Shown here piece after piece: positions 41,098-51,786 of a DNA stretch of 64,000 bases. A program made the translations under genes and the position numbers. A model generated the notes under the pieces. It was not told where the DNA came from and ran no database searches. It saw nothing but the letters and a program-made list of their open reading frames with translations. Location of the stretch: assembly GCA_963744145.1 (NCBI GenBank), contig CAVUSO010000001.1:6368001-6432000 (forward strand). The letters are read 5' to 3'. The DNA comes from an uncultured cyanobacterium. Lineage in GTDB: Bacteria > Cyanobacteriota > Cyanobacteriia > Cyanobacteriales > CAWUOF01. Numbering within the stretch: the stretch's first letter is position 1; each line of letters starts with the position of its first letter.

Positions 41098-42150
41098 TTG
41101 AAAACAATTAATTTGCAGAAGATTGGTACATACATTGTAGCTGGGCTAATAGCTAGTTTTAGCATGGGCTTTCCTTCAAAAGCCAGTAGTGATATATTGC
41201 CAACTTCAAACTACCACATAGTCAAAAAAATCCCTTTGGGTGGAACCGGAGGATGGGATTATCTAACGTTAGATAGTTTTGCCCATCGGCTATATATTAC
41301 ACGCTCAACCAGGGTAACAGTATTAAATGTTGATACTGGGGTAGTGGTGGGTGAAATACCTAATACTGCTGGAGTACATGGTGTAGCTATTGCGACCGAA
41401 TTGAATCGTGGTTTTACTAGTAATGGGAAAACTGCAACAGCTACTATATTCGATTTAAACACGCTCCAAGTGATCGGACAAGTGCCCACTGGTAATAACC
41501 CAGATGCAATTGTTTATGAACCCGCATCTCATCGAGTTTTTACTTTTAATGGTAGAAGTAATTCAGCCACTGTTTTTGATGCTAAAACTGCTAAAGTTGT
41601 AGGGACAATTGCCTTAGATGGTAAACCAGAATTTGCAGTTGCTGATAGTTTTGGGCAAATTTACGTCAATATAGAAGACAAAAGTGAAGTTGTAGTTTTA
41701 GATGCGACTAATCTCCAAGTAAAAGCAAATTGGTCGCTAAAACCCTGTTTAGAGCCAACTGGAATCGCGATCGATCGACAGCATCAACGGCTATTTGTCG
41801 GTTGTAGAAACAAAATGATGAATGTCCTAGATACAAATACAGGAAATATTAAAGCTACTCTACCCATTGGTAGTGGAACAGATGCGATCGCTTATGATCC
41901 AGAGACTCAACTCGCTTTTAGCTCAAATGGTGAAGGTTCTATCACCGTAGTACATGAGGATTCTCCCGAGCAATTTCGGGTGGTAAATAACGTTGTTACC
42001 CAGCAAGGAGCGCGAACAATGGCGTTAGATTTAAAGACACATAAACTATATTTGGTGACAGCTAAATTTCAACCCCTATCTAACCCTATTCCTGGACAAA
42101 GACCAAATATTATCCCTGGTAGTTTTGTAGTTCTAGTTTTAGAAAATTAA
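41098..42150 (+). CDS. YncE/YVTN-type beta-propeller protein with signal peptide
   Basis: GGWDYL, GVHGVAIA, GNNPDAI, GKPEFAV, PTGIAID, GARTMALD repeats. Confidence 0.85.
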   Translation: MKTINLQKIGTYIVAGLIASFSMGFPSKASSDILPTSNYHIVKKIPLGGTGGWDYLTLDSFAHRLYITRSTRVTVLNVDTGVVVGEIPNTAGVHGVAIATELNRGFTSNGKTATATIFDLNTLQVIGQVPTGNNPDAIVYEPASHRVFTFNGRSNSATVFDAKTAKVVGTIALDGKPEFAVADSFGQIYVNIEDKSEVVVLDATNLQVKANWSLKPCLEPTGIAIDRQHQRLFVGCRNKMMNVLDTNTGNIKATLPIGSGTDAIAYDPETQLAFSSNGEGSITVVHEDSPEQFRVVNNVVTQQGARTMALDLKTHKLYLVTAKFQPLSNPIPGQRPNIIPGSFVVLVLEN

Positions 42151-42169
42151 ATCCGAATTTAATTACTGG

Positions 42170-43228
42170 CTATTTGGAGTTAACCGGAAAAACTTCTGTT
42201 AAAATTTCTTGATGAATTAAAGCTTGGTTAACTAAGGATTGAATTTTTGCTTCTGAAATAGGAGGAGTATAAGTATAATGTTCAATCCAAGTACGACTAA
42301 TGAAATCAGGATCTTCAGGAAGTTGGGATATTTCCCATCCTGGTAACTCTAGTTCATTGAGCAAGTTAGTAACTTTGGGATCGTAACTAATCCCAAAACA
42401 GCGACATTTTTGAGATGCTGCCATAATTAAACTATGCAGACGCATCCCGATCGCCATTTCTACTCCTTGAAATAATCCTTTTAACTCTCTTGGATCTTCG
42501 ATCAAAATCAGATGAGCAACATCACCTAAATGAGATTGCAGAGACTGGGCGATCGCTAAATCGTAACTAGGTTGAAAAGGGATGAGCAGGATACAAGTTT
42601 GGGTCGCTTGCTGAAAATTTACTAAAGCTTGAGTTAAAATAGCTAATCTGGTGGGAGTAAGCTGGGGATGCGATCGCAAGGTAACCGCGACTCTTGGTGT
42701 GGGTAAGTCTTTTAATCGATCAACTGGTTGAGCAGCTAAAGCCCAAACTGGATCAGGAGCTAGAGTAGAGGAAATGTGCCAATCTGTTAATAAATTAGCC
42801 GCTGCGCGATCGCGTACACTTACCGCAGTACAACCAGCAAAAGCTTTACGGGCAATTTTTTGGCTCAAAGGATGGTTCAGTGGACCAATCCCCTGAGCCC
42901 AAGCAATTGTTTTTAAACCGAGTCTTTGGGCCAATCCCATCAGTCCACCATAATACAAGGGACTCATTAGACCGGTGGTATCTTGGAGCAGACTACCACC
43001 ACCCCAAATAAAAACATCAGCATGGCGCATTGCTTGTATAACTGCAAAAAAAGACATCCGATCGCAGCTTTCCACCCCATAACGCTCTTCAGTTTGGACT
43101 GGATTTCCTGATAATACTAACGGTGTTACCTCACGGGGAAGCATTTGCAATAAAGATGCTAGTAATGCTTCATCTCCACCATTTCCTTTTCCATAGTAAC
43201 CACATAATAGTGCCCGCATCGACCCCAT
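42170..43228 (-). CDS. csaB: Polysaccharide pyruvyl transferase
   Basis: GYYGKGNGGDEA, GGGSLLQD, AQGIGPL, SVRD, GMRLHSLI, SYDPKV. Confidence 0.95.
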   Translation of the reverse strand: MGSMRALLCGYYGKGNGGDEALLASLLQMLPREVTPLVLSGNPVQTEERYGVESCDRMSFFAVIQAMRHADVFIWGGGSLLQDTTGLMSPLYYGGLMGLAQRLGLKTIAWAQGIGPLNHPLSQKIARKAFAGCTAVSVRDRAAANLLTDWHISSTLAPDPVWALAAQPVDRLKDLPTPRVAVTLRSHPQLTPTRLAILTQALVNFQQATQTCILLIPFQPSYDLAIAQSLQSHLGDVAHLILIEDPRELKGLFQGVEMAIGMRLHSLIMAASQKCRCFGISYDPKVTNLLNELELPGWEISQLPEDPDFISRTWIEHYTYTPPISEAKIQSLVNQALIHQEILTEVFPVNSK

Positions 43229-43305
43229 TTTTTTCCTAATAATGCTTTAATCATCTGTCTTAGTCTAGAACAGTAACTGATCTGATTGACTAAAGAAAGC
43301 TATGA

Positions 43306-43650
43306 TTGGTTGGCAAATCTCTGTTTAATCTTATGCACGCTCTGTCAATTCCGACTTGGATCATCCATGTTTCCAGTGTGATCGAGTGGATCTTTGCGAT
43401 CTGGTTAATTTGGCGCTATGGTGAAATTAGTGGTAATAAATCGTGGTATGCGCTCTCTCTGGGGATGTTACCTGCGTTAGTGAGTGCTATGTGTGCTTGT
43501 ACTTGGCATTACTTTGATAATCCGAAATCTTTAGACTGGTTGGTAACCTTACAAGCAACTATGACGGTAGTAGGCAATTTTACCATGTGCATCGCCGCTT
43601 GGTGGATTTGGCGTGAGCAAAAAGCTAAATTAGATCATCCCCAAAATTAG
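43306..43650 (+). CDS. DUF2499 / Ycf49-like membrane protein
   Basis: HALSIPTWIIHVSSVIEW, MCACTWH motifs. Confidence 0.85.
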   Translation: MVGKSLFNLMHALSIPTWIIHVSSVIEWIFAIWLIWRYGEISGNKSWYALSLGMLPALVSAMCACTWHYFDNPKSLDWLVTLQATMTVVGNFTMCIAAWWIWREQKAKLDHPQN

Positions 43651-43657
43651 CATAAAT

Positions 43658-43972
43658 TTGATCAAAACAATGATTTCTAAAGATGCCCTGTTCGCGTTAT
43701 CTTTATTTCCTTACTTAGGATTTTTGTGGTTTCTGACTCGTTGTCAGCAAGTGCCACGTTTAGCTTTAATTGGTTTTTATTGTACCTTAGTTTTTGTCGC
43801 TGTTACTATTCCTGCCGGGATTTATGCCAAAATTGCTTATCAGCAATCCTTAGCAAATGTGGATTTTCTTCATGGTGGGGCGGAGTTTTTCTTGACTCTT
43901 GCTAATATTTTAATTGTCCTAGGTTTCCGCGAGGCAATCAATCAGAAATTAAAACAGCATCAACAAGAATAA
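43658..43972 (+). CDS. DUF3593 membrane protein
   Basis: [31 protein letters not shown]; usual neighbour of DUF2499. Confidence 0.85.
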   Translation: MIKTMISKDALFALSLFPYLGFLWFLTRCQQVPRLALIGFYCTLVFVAVTIPAGIYAKIAYQQSLANVDFLHGGAEFFLTLANILIVLGFREAINQKLKQHQQE

Positions 43973-43988
43973 TGCAGGAGTTAAGCAA

Positions 43989-45143
43989 TTGCTAGTTATT
44001 GGTTTAATTAGTGGCACTTCGGTCGATGGTATCGATGCAGCTTTAGTGGAGATTGTCGGGACAGAAGCAGATTTAGAAGTTAAACTGTTAGCCGGTGCTA
44101 CTTATCCCTATCCAGTCGAATTGCGATCGAAAATTTTGCAGGTATGTGGTGGGGCACCATTATCAATGGCAGAAGTAGCAGAATTAGATGATGCGATCGC
44201 GACAGTATTTGCCCAAACAGCTCTAAACATTCAAGCTGATTATCCTAAAGCTCAATTAATTGGTTCCCATGGACAAAATATTTACCATCGACCAAGATCG
44301 CAGTCGGCTGAAAAAACGATTAAATTGGGCTATAGTTGGCAACTAGGTCGCGGTGCGGCGATCGCTGCACTAACCGGAATTACGACTATTAGTAATTTTC
44401 GAGTCGCTGATATTGCGGTCGGGGGTGAAGGTGCCCCATTGGTGTCCCGGATCGATGTTTGTCTGTTAAGTCATCCCCAATATCACCGTTGTATTCAAAA
44501 TGTGGGTGGGATTGCGAATGTGACCTATCTACCTCCAGGAGAACGGGGAAATCGAAATCCGCAGATTTTGGGTTGGGATACAGGTCCAGGAAATACTCTA
44601 TTGGATCTAGCGGTGTTAGAGCTATCAGGAGGTACTAAAACCTATGATCAAAATGGTGCTTGGGCAGCAACGGGCACTCCCTGTATGAATTTAGTGAAAC
44701 AATGGCTTAAACATGATTTTTTCCAACAGTCACCACCCAAATCTACTGGTCGAGAGTTATTTGGTCAAGCTTATTGGCAACAGTGTTTAGCTGATGCTCA
44801 GGCTTACAATTTGCATAGTGCAGATCTGTTAGCAACACTGACCGAATTTACAGTAGCAACAATTGAGTATAGCTATCGTCATTTTTTACCCCACCCACCA
44901 GAACAGGTTTTATTGTGTGGTGGTGGTAGTCGTAATCTATATCTCAAACAGCGTCTGAGTCAGATTTTAGCCCCAATCCAGGTATTGACTACGGATGAAG
45001 CGGGTTTAAGTGCAGATTTCAAAGAAGCGATCGCTTTTGCGGTTTTGGCTTATTGGCGTTTTTTGGGAATACCTGGGAATTTACCAGAGGTAACTGGTGC
45101 TAAACATTCAGTGCTTTTAGGTGAAATTTATCCGGTAGCTTAA
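43989..45143 (+). CDS. anmK: Anhydro-N-acetylmuramic acid kinase
   Basis: [52 protein letters not shown]. Confidence 0.95.
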   Translation: MLVIGLISGTSVDGIDAALVEIVGTEADLEVKLLAGATYPYPVELRSKILQVCGGAPLSMAEVAELDDAIATVFAQTALNIQADYPKAQLIGSHGQNIYHRPRSQSAEKTIKLGYSWQLGRGAAIAALTGITTISNFRVADIAVGGEGAPLVSRIDVCLLSHPQYHRCIQNVGGIANVTYLPPGERGNRNPQILGWDTGPGNTLLDLAVLELSGGTKTYDQNGAWAATGTPCMNLVKQWLKHDFFQQSPPKSTGRELFGQAYWQQCLADAQAYNLHSADLLATLTEFTVATIEYSYRHFLPHPPEQVLLCGGGSRNLYLKQRLSQILAPIQVLTTDEAGLSADFKEAIAFAVLAYWRFLGIPGNLPEVTGAKHSVLLGEIYPVA

Positions 45144-45235
45144 TTGTAGTGTGATAGCATAGAACCCATTAGTGGCAACAACAAGTCGTCGCATTCAGCA
45201 TATTGCAGTAAGCAACAAACACAAGGGGTAGCACT

Positions 45236-45685
45236 GTGGCTCACACCTTTTTACTGGAACCGGGCCGATGGACATTGGAAGGAAATTGGCTAGAGCGAGA
45301 TGGGATGCCAATAATTGTGAAAGGGCGAACCTTAGTCGCATGGAATCGAGAAGACTGGTTTACCATGATTACTAAGTTTGTTTTCCCCACCACCGATCGG
45401 CAGGAAATTACTTTCCAATACCGAGGGCATCTTGATGGAGGAGAACGTCAATATACTTTTGTGCTTCAGCACAGTGAATGGGGCAAGGTTGAAGGGGAAG
45501 GTTGGATTTCTCCAGAAACGATCGTGCAGCGCTATTGGGTATTGGCTAACGATCGCCAACGTCGTAGTGGATTTGAAACTCTCCGACGAGTGACTAGCGA
45601 TAAATATTATCTTTCTAGTGCCATTATGTTTGGGAATAAATTAACTAGCACGATGGAGGCAACTCTAGAACGTCAGTCAGAATAA
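45236..45685 (+). CDS. Hypothetical protein, probable beta-barrel
   Basis: Clean ORF with RBS; beta-rich sequence; function unknown. Confidence 0.7.
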   Translation: MAHTFLLEPGRWTLEGNWLERDGMPIIVKGRTLVAWNREDWFTMITKFVFPTTDRQEITFQYRGHLDGGERQYTFVLQHSEWGKVEGEGWISPETIVQRYWVLANDRQRRSGFETLRRVTSDKYYLSSAIMFGNKLTSTMEATLERQSE

Positions 45686-45732
45686 GGATATCCAGAGCCT
45701 ATTTAATCTGTAAGTTTGTTCTAACTGCTAAA

Positions 45733-45763
45733 TTCGGGTTACCCCATCGGTGGGCAACCCGAA
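45733..45763. terminator. Stem-loop after the 45236-45685 gene
   Basis: TTCGGGTTACCC-CATCGGT-GGGCAACCCGAA; no clear U tract. Confidence 0.4.
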
Positions 45764-45914
45764 CTAATCCTCTCACAATTTTATCCTTCGTCTCAATTGA
45801 ATGAGAATATGATCAGATTAACTAGAAATCAACTAGATCCACAGTTAAAATAGTATTTATCTTGAGCGCCATCTACCTAATCAAAACCACGATTCAGCAA
45901 ATGAGGATAAGATC

Positions 45915-47093
45915 GTGCTGGAACCCGGACAGATTTTACATGAACGTTATCAGCTTAAACAACTATTAGGCAAAAATGCTGGCCGCCAAACTTGGCTATC
46001 TGAAGACTTAGCAAGTATATCACAAAAATTAGTTATTGTCAAACTCCTAGCCTTTGGTGGTGAAATCCAGTGGGATGACCTCAAACTTTTTGAAAGAGAA
46101 GCTCAAATTCTCAAACAATTAAGCCATCCTCGGATTCCTAAATATCACGATTATTTTTCGATCGATGATAAAATTCTCTGGTTTGGGTTAGTACATGAAT
46201 ATATTCCAGGAAAATCTCTTAAAGAAAAACTAGAGCAAGGTAAAAGATTTACTGAAACAGAAGTAAGGAAAATTGCCATTGAAGTTTTGCAGATCTTAAT
46301 TTATTTGCACGGACTCAATCCCCAGGTGCTCCATCGTGATATTAAGCCCAGTAATTTAATTTGGAGTGAAGATAATCAAATTTATGTAGTTGATTTTGGT
46401 GCTGTCCAAGATCGAGCTGCGAAAGAAGGAGCTACATTTACCGTTGTTGGTACTTATGGTTATGCACCGATTGAACAATTTGGTGGTCGGGCAGTACCAT
46501 CATCAGATTTGTATGCACTAGGAGCAACTTTAATTCATTTATTAACAGGAACTGCACCAGCTGATTTACCTCAGCTCAATCTGAAAATTCAATTTGCTGA
46601 CCGGATTAATTTGACTGCTAATTTGATTAATTGGCTCGAACAACTCACTGAACCAGCTTTAGAAAAACGATTTAGTAGTGCCAAAATTGCTTTAGAAGAA
46701 TTAGAATCAGGTATATTACATCCGCGAGCAGTGTTACCACCATTAGCATCAATCAAGGCTTCTGGACAAGGATTTAATTCTAAAGTATCAGTACCAGAAG
46801 AAATTTTGGGTTGGAATTGGGGGGCATTTTTATTAGCTCCTCTTTGGCCCTTTTCTAACCGCGTCTGGATTGGACTGTTAACTTGGATACCTCATTTTGG
46901 TTGGGTCATGGCTTGGATGTTGGGGGCTAAGGGGAATGAATGGGCATGGAAAAGCAAAAAATGGCGCAGTATTGAGCAATTTAAAGCCCATCAAAGAGGT
47001 TGGGCGATCGCCGGGATTATGGTAGGTATTCCAGTTTCGTTGGCGATTTGGGCGCTGTTGTTTGGGATCATTACATCTATATTTCACTTTTAA
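45915..47093 (+). CDS. Ser/Thr protein kinase with C-terminal membrane domain (WNWGAF, DUF2628-like)
   Basis: VIVK, HRDIKPSN, VDFG, GTYGYAPIEQF, SDLYALG. Confidence 0.9.
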   Translation: MLEPGQILHERYQLKQLLGKNAGRQTWLSEDLASISQKLVIVKLLAFGGEIQWDDLKLFEREAQILKQLSHPRIPKYHDYFSIDDKILWFGLVHEYIPGKSLKEKLEQGKRFTETEVRKIAIEVLQILIYLHGLNPQVLHRDIKPSNLIWSEDNQIYVVDFGAVQDRAAKEGATFTVVGTYGYAPIEQFGGRAVPSSDLYALGATLIHLLTGTAPADLPQLNLKIQFADRINLTANLINWLEQLTEPALEKRFSSAKIALEELESGILHPRAVLPPLASIKASGQGFNSKVSVPEEILGWNWGAFLLAPLWPFSNRVWIGLLTWIPHFGWVMAWMLGAKGNEWAWKSKKWRSIEQFKAHQRGWAIAGIMVGIPVSLAIWALLFGIITSIFHF

Positions 47094-47098
47094 TTAAA

Positions 47099-47620
47099 GG
47101 CGTTGCTGAATATAATGTAAGATTTGGGATAATGGCAAAATAAAATGTTTTCAATGTAACTCGACTCAAATCACTAAAAATAGGCAGCGTCGAGAGAAAC
47201 AATGCTATAAGACAATACGGTTAATTTAAGAATATTTTGGGGAATATGGGCGAAGAAGAAGGGCATAGTCGAGACATTGTTGTCTGGAATATGAGATGGA
47301 GTGAGTTCATTCAGGTGATCTGTGGGGTTGGGCGGGTTCATCAAGGTTATTTGTGTGTTGCAATTAAATCGGTGAACCCGCCCCTACAGGTGATCTAATT
47401 TCCGATGTTTAAACAGATTTCTGCCCATCAAAATGTCTTGTCGATGAATTAATGCCCACCATCAATCAGGATTTGTAGGGGCAGGTTCACCAATCAATTC
47501 TGCTCCAAGCAGATAACTATCATAAACCTGCCCAACCAACACAGATCACTCACAAGCGACTTTAACCGATGCCATTCATGCCCAATCTTACTGTACTTGA
47601 TCAATGGGTCATCTGCTGTA
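47099..47620. repeat. Cluster of element remnants: solo IS1-type end, MITE left TIR, REP pairs, composite repeat core
   Basis: GGCGTTGCTGAAT at 47099; CAATACGGTTAATTTAAG at 47213; GGCGGGTTCA...TGAACCCGCCCCTAC; inverted copy of the 33470-33625 core. Confidence 0.7.
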
Positions 47621-47786
47621 TAGTAGCGATCGCTCTGAAAACATGGTGATCGCACTCCACCATCCAGAATTAAAACACGATTATCTCTTCCAAAATACTT
47701 AACACTTTTTAACCATAATTTCTGCTGGACACTTTTTCTAACTGTATGCTATTATTTATACAGAACCCTGTAGATTATTGGTGGTT

Positions 47787-47900
47787 ATGACTGAAATTAT
47801 TTTTCAAAGTGAAGTAGGAGTAGATTACCCTCATCTCAGCAACCTATTAACTGATGGTAAATAGAGAGAAGCAAACCGAGCAGAAAAATTACCGAATGGA
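47787..47900 (+). pseudogene. GUN4-like domain remnant
   Basis: MTEIIFQSEVGVDYPHLSNLLTDGK*REAN resembles the GUN4-domain start (SEVGVDY..L..LL..GKW.EA) with W changed to stop. Confidence 0.55.
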
Positions 47901-48011
47901 AAACTACTGAATTTAGAATTAATCCGATATAATTCTGTTGTCTCAATTGCTTATTTAGCTAATTGAAACGAAATTAAAATATCCTATAAACCAACCTACC
48001 AAAATCATAAA

Positions 48012-48647
48012 ATGAACAAGACTAAAGAATCTACTTATCCATTACGTCATATTTCTATTCGTGTTCCCTGGCATGATAATGGTTGGAATGGAACCGTATG
48101 AGACCTATCGGAATTAAAAATATATGCTTCTGATGCGTTTTCAGAGACGGCTAGGCGTTTGACAAATTTATTTGAAACACCTCGTAAAGCAGAAGTATTT
48201 TTTACTAAACCATGCTCAGAAGATAATCTTAGTTATCCAAAACAATGTTTTTTGGACAATCGCCTAATTCATAGGACTAGTAAAGGTGAAGCTGTTCGTT
48301 CTAAGTCAGAGGTGATTATTGCAAATTTATTACATCAGCATAAAATTGATTATGTTTATGAACAAGCATTGACAATTGGGAATATTACTAAATATCCTGA
48401 TTTTACGATTGAAGACCCTGAAAGTGGTATCAAGTATTATTGGGAACATTGTGGTTTACTAAGTAACCCAGTTTATCAGCAGAGATGGAACGCTAAAAAA
48501 CAATGGTATAGAGAAAATAATATTTTACCATACAGTGAAGATGGTGGTACAAAGGGAACTCTTATAGAAACTAGCGATGACGATAATGGTGGTATTTCTT
48601 CACCAGAAATTGAAAAAGTTATCAGAAAAGTAATTTTGCAATATTAG
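48012..48647 (+). pseudogene. Remnant of a large RecD-like helicase-nuclease: N-terminal 29 codons fused to the C-terminal nuclease domain
   Basis: MNKTKESTYPLRHISIRVPWHDNGWNGTV* then, in the same frame, SETARRLTNLF...VRSKSEVIIAN...YPDFTI...YYWEHCG (PD-(D/E)xK-like). Confidence 0.6.
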
Positions 48648-48773
48648 TTACTTATCACATTCCAGTAGAGCTTTAGTTTAAATAAACTATCAGATTTTAA
48701 CTGGATAGGCTCTCCCGTCATCTTGGGTAGACCGTGTATTATGCTACAAAATTTTCAGCAGTTAGTTATGGTG

Positions 48774-48907
48774 CAATACGGTTCAGTTAACCGTAGGGGC
48801 GAAGCATTCGGGCGATAATTAATCACTTAAACCCGTTAATATTATATCCGAATGCTTCGCCCTTCTTCGCCGATATCTCTCAAAATATCCTTAACTGAAC
48901 CGGATTG
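48774..48907. mobile_element. MITE (Nezha-like), 134 bp
   Basis: TIRs CAATACGGTTCAGTTAA / TTAACTGAACCGGATTG; perfect 10-bp TSD AGTTATGGTG at 48764-48773 and 48908-48917; internal REP hairpin. Confidence 0.9.
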
Positions 48908-48989
48908 AGTTATGGTGTGGTAATACAGCGTATGACCGATTTGTGAAGTATATAGCGTGTTGTCGGTGATGTGAGATGATGTGGGTTCA

Positions 48990-49485
48990 TTAAGTGAGCT
49001 GTGGGGCAGGGCGGGTTCACCAATCAATTCTGATCCAAATCGATCACGACCATAAACCCGCCCAACCAAACGAGATAACTGACTGTACTTCATCAACGGG
49101 TCATCCGCTGTGTTATGTCCGAATGCTGATTTCTACGGTACGCTACGCGAATGTCCTTCTTCTACGCCGCGATCCCCCAAAATATCCTTGACTGAACCGG
49201 ATTGACTGAGATCCCCAGATTCTTACCTGAACTATTTGGTTCATCTAGTCAATCGATTTGATTCATAAATGGCCCAGGGCAAAGCATTTCGGTCATAGTT
49301 CTCTGCGTTTGGGCCATATTCGATCTGCCGAAATGCTTTGCCCCTACAAATCCGGACACAATTCTGTTTATCGTCCAATCCGGTTCAGTTAAGGGTAGGG
49401 GCGAAGCATTCGGGCGACAATTTATAGTTCAAACCCAGTAATGTTATATCCGAATGCTTCGCCCTTCTTCTTCTGCGCCGAGATC
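48990..49485. repeat. Cluster of REP hairpins, composite core and partial MITEs
   Basis: Right TIR ending at 49204; GGGCAAAGCATTTCGG...CCGAAATGCTTTGCCCCTAC; left TIR at 49376 with GTAGGGGCGAAGCATTCGG...CCGAATGCTTCGCCC. Confidence 0.75.
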
Positions 49486-49543
49486 CTAACCAACTCTACA
49501 ATAGATGAGATTTTATGATCACCATGAATAGGAGAAAGCCTAA

Positions 49544-51730
49544 TTAAAGAGTTAATTTAGAATTAATTGGCACAGAAGCATTCACCAAAGACAAGAGGGG
49601 ACCTGTTTGTTCTTGACCATTCACGGCTAAATCACTGTGACAAAGATATACTCTTTCTCCGACACGACCGAGTAAATCAAATAAAATTCTTCTTAAACGC
49701 ATCCGATCGGCTTCTAGTATATCCGCAGTAGTCCAAGGTTTTCCTGACCAATCCTTTAAAAATAAAGGGGCACCAAACAAAGTGGCAGCGCCACCAATGG
49801 GCCAAAGTTGAGAACCGGGATCTAACCAAAATTGCCACCGATGCGATCGCCGCTGAGAACGATATTGAAAAATATTAGCTAGAGTGATTGCTTTAGCGGC
49901 TAAACCGAGTGGACGTACTGGATAAGGATTAGCGGTAATAGTTCCCTGACGTAATAATTGAATAAATTGACCAACGGTAGTCTGGACAGGAGGATCATGT
50001 TGGTCACTTTGACGCAATCTGACATCAATTTCCCAATAATGTTGTGCGGTTTCCATTAATTCTCGTAAAGCTGCTAATTGATCGAAAGGGAGATAACTAC
50101 CATTCCATAAAAATCGCTGAATGGTTCGGTCTAAAGCAGAAACTGGACTAGGAAGTAACCGTAGGGCTAATTGCGATCGCTGTTTTTCTAACCACTGTAA
50201 AATTTCCTGATAAGCATGGGTCGCTTGAGATCCTAGTCGATCCCAACGGGGAAAAGATGTGACTGGTAATAAGTCTGGTTTGTCTAAATCTGGTTGATAA
50301 CAATGATCAGCGATTAAACCTGCTCGGACTGGATCAATGAGCGCAGTAGTTTTGATCTGAGCTAAAGGATCTGCGGTGGTGACTTCTGCTCTTTGACTCA
50401 AGACTACTAACATTTGAGCGATCGCTGCCCGATCAACTAAGCGACCTAAACCGGGATAAATTAAAGCTAGTACAGTTAATAAAGCCCGGATGATCGGTGA
50501 ACTCGCTAAGGGTCGTTGATCGTGGAGCAATTCAATTTGGATTCCTTGATGGGTGAAAATTTTGGTGAGAGTATAACGGGCGATCGCATCTAAACCAGGT
50601 GCAATAATCGCAATATCTTGGGGTTGAACTTCCTGAGTCTGGATGGAGCGAATTATGATCTCTGCGATTTCCCGAAGTAACTGAGCCCGAGAAGAGGTTT
50701 GAATGGAGACAATCAGATCGGGTAATGGTGATAAAAACACTGGATCATCAACCAAATCTACTACTTGAGTAGCAATCATGGCAGTGCCAGGATCAGGATC
50801 GGTCAAAGTTTCGACTTGACAACGTTGCTGTAAACCTTCCAAATAAACCGGATCTGCACCTAGTCCTAATCTAATTCCACCATAAGGATTATAAGTAAAT
50901 ACGCTTTTCATCCCCTGATCTAAACAAAAATCAAACAGATCTCGGGCTAAACTAGGATATTCATCCACATCATCAGCGAATAGAGCTTGATATCTGGTCG
51001 CGAAATGATGTTGATAAATGGGATGGGGGAATAGGTGTTGACCATAGAGTTCAGCAATAATCCCATAAGTCAGTAAACCTCTGTCTAAACACCAGTTGCG
51101 CCACTTCACCAATAAATCTGCCACTATAGCTGTGGAGACAAAACTTTTTCCCTGGTTCGGACCCCCATCCTCCCGATCTGATTCAGCCGCAAAACCTTGT
51201 TCTAACATGAGGGGAATATCGGTAATTGGGGTTCTACTAATTCCTGCTAGTTGAAACAAGTCGAGTGTCCGACGAACCAAACGAGCTTTACTCACTCCTT
51301 CCTGACGGAACACCCCTCCTTCTAATTCAGAGTGCCACAAACGGGTCGCTAACTCCTGTTCAGTTTCCGGACGTAACTTTAAGGGAAATTGGACTTTGAG
51401 ATTTAATTGGTGAATTAATAAGGGCCAATAAAGCATCACTTCATCTTGAAAAAATCCTAAAGGTGTGGTTGAATCAAAAGAATAATAACCCTGAGAAACT
51501 TTCTCGATTCGCTCTGCTAGTTCCAGCCGATTATCGCCATTAGCTGCAAATACTAAAATTCCGGTTTGATGATGGAGTTTAGAGGGGTTATGTTGTGGAT
51601 AATTACTTTTCCCGACCAAACTACCTGTTCTCTGGTTTAGCTGACCAACTGTTGTCATCAATTCGGTGATCAAACGAGTTGTTTTACCACTCCGGGTAGG
51701 ACCAGAAATCCAAAATGAATTAAAAATCAC
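49544..51730 (-). CDS. Protein with degenerate UvrD/SF1 helicase-like motifs, probably a conserved cyanobacterial gene
   Basis: GPTRSGKT Walker A, FADDVDEY Walker B-like, DIAIIAP; HIP1-rich, core-like gene. Confidence 0.7.
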   Translation of the reverse strand: MIFNSFWISGPTRSGKTTRLITELMTTVGQLNQRTGSLVGKSNYPQHNPSKLHHQTGILVFAANGDNRLELAERIEKVSQGYYSFDSTTPLGFFQDEVMLYWPLLIHQLNLKVQFPLKLRPETEQELATRLWHSELEGGVFRQEGVSKARLVRRTLDLFQLAGISRTPITDIPLMLEQGFAAESDREDGGPNQGKSFVSTAIVADLLVKWRNWCLDRGLLTYGIIAELYGQHLFPHPIYQHHFATRYQALFADDVDEYPSLARDLFDFCLDQGMKSVFTYNPYGGIRLGLGADPVYLEGLQQRCQVETLTDPDPGTAMIATQVVDLVDDPVFLSPLPDLIVSIQTSSRAQLLREIAEIIIRSIQTQEVQPQDIAIIAPGLDAIARYTLTKIFTHQGIQIELLHDQRPLASSPIIRALLTVLALIYPGLGRLVDRAAIAQMLVVLSQRAEVTTADPLAQIKTTALIDPVRAGLIADHCYQPDLDKPDLLPVTSFPRWDRLGSQATHAYQEILQWLEKQRSQLALRLLPSPVSALDRTIQRFLWNGSYLPFDQLAALRELMETAQHYWEIDVRLRQSDQHDPPVQTTVGQFIQLLRQGTITANPYPVRPLGLAAKAITLANIFQYRSQRRSHRWQFWLDPGSQLWPIGGAATLFGAPLFLKDWSGKPWTTADILEADRMRLRRILFDLLGRVGERVYLCHSDLAVNGQEQTGPLLSLVNASVPINSKLTL

Positions 51731-51786
51731 AGATCCACCTCCAAAAAAATTGTTAAAATCTCCATCATGGTAAGTTACTCTAAAAT

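Noticed and set aside
48842..49191. Short ORFs at 48842-49096 and 48994-49191
   Set aside because: They lie within MITE/REP repeat DNA.
48770..49490. Possible CRISPR or integron attC array
   Set aside because: Irregular spacing and mixed palindrome families; explained by MITE/REP elements; no integrase or cas gene.
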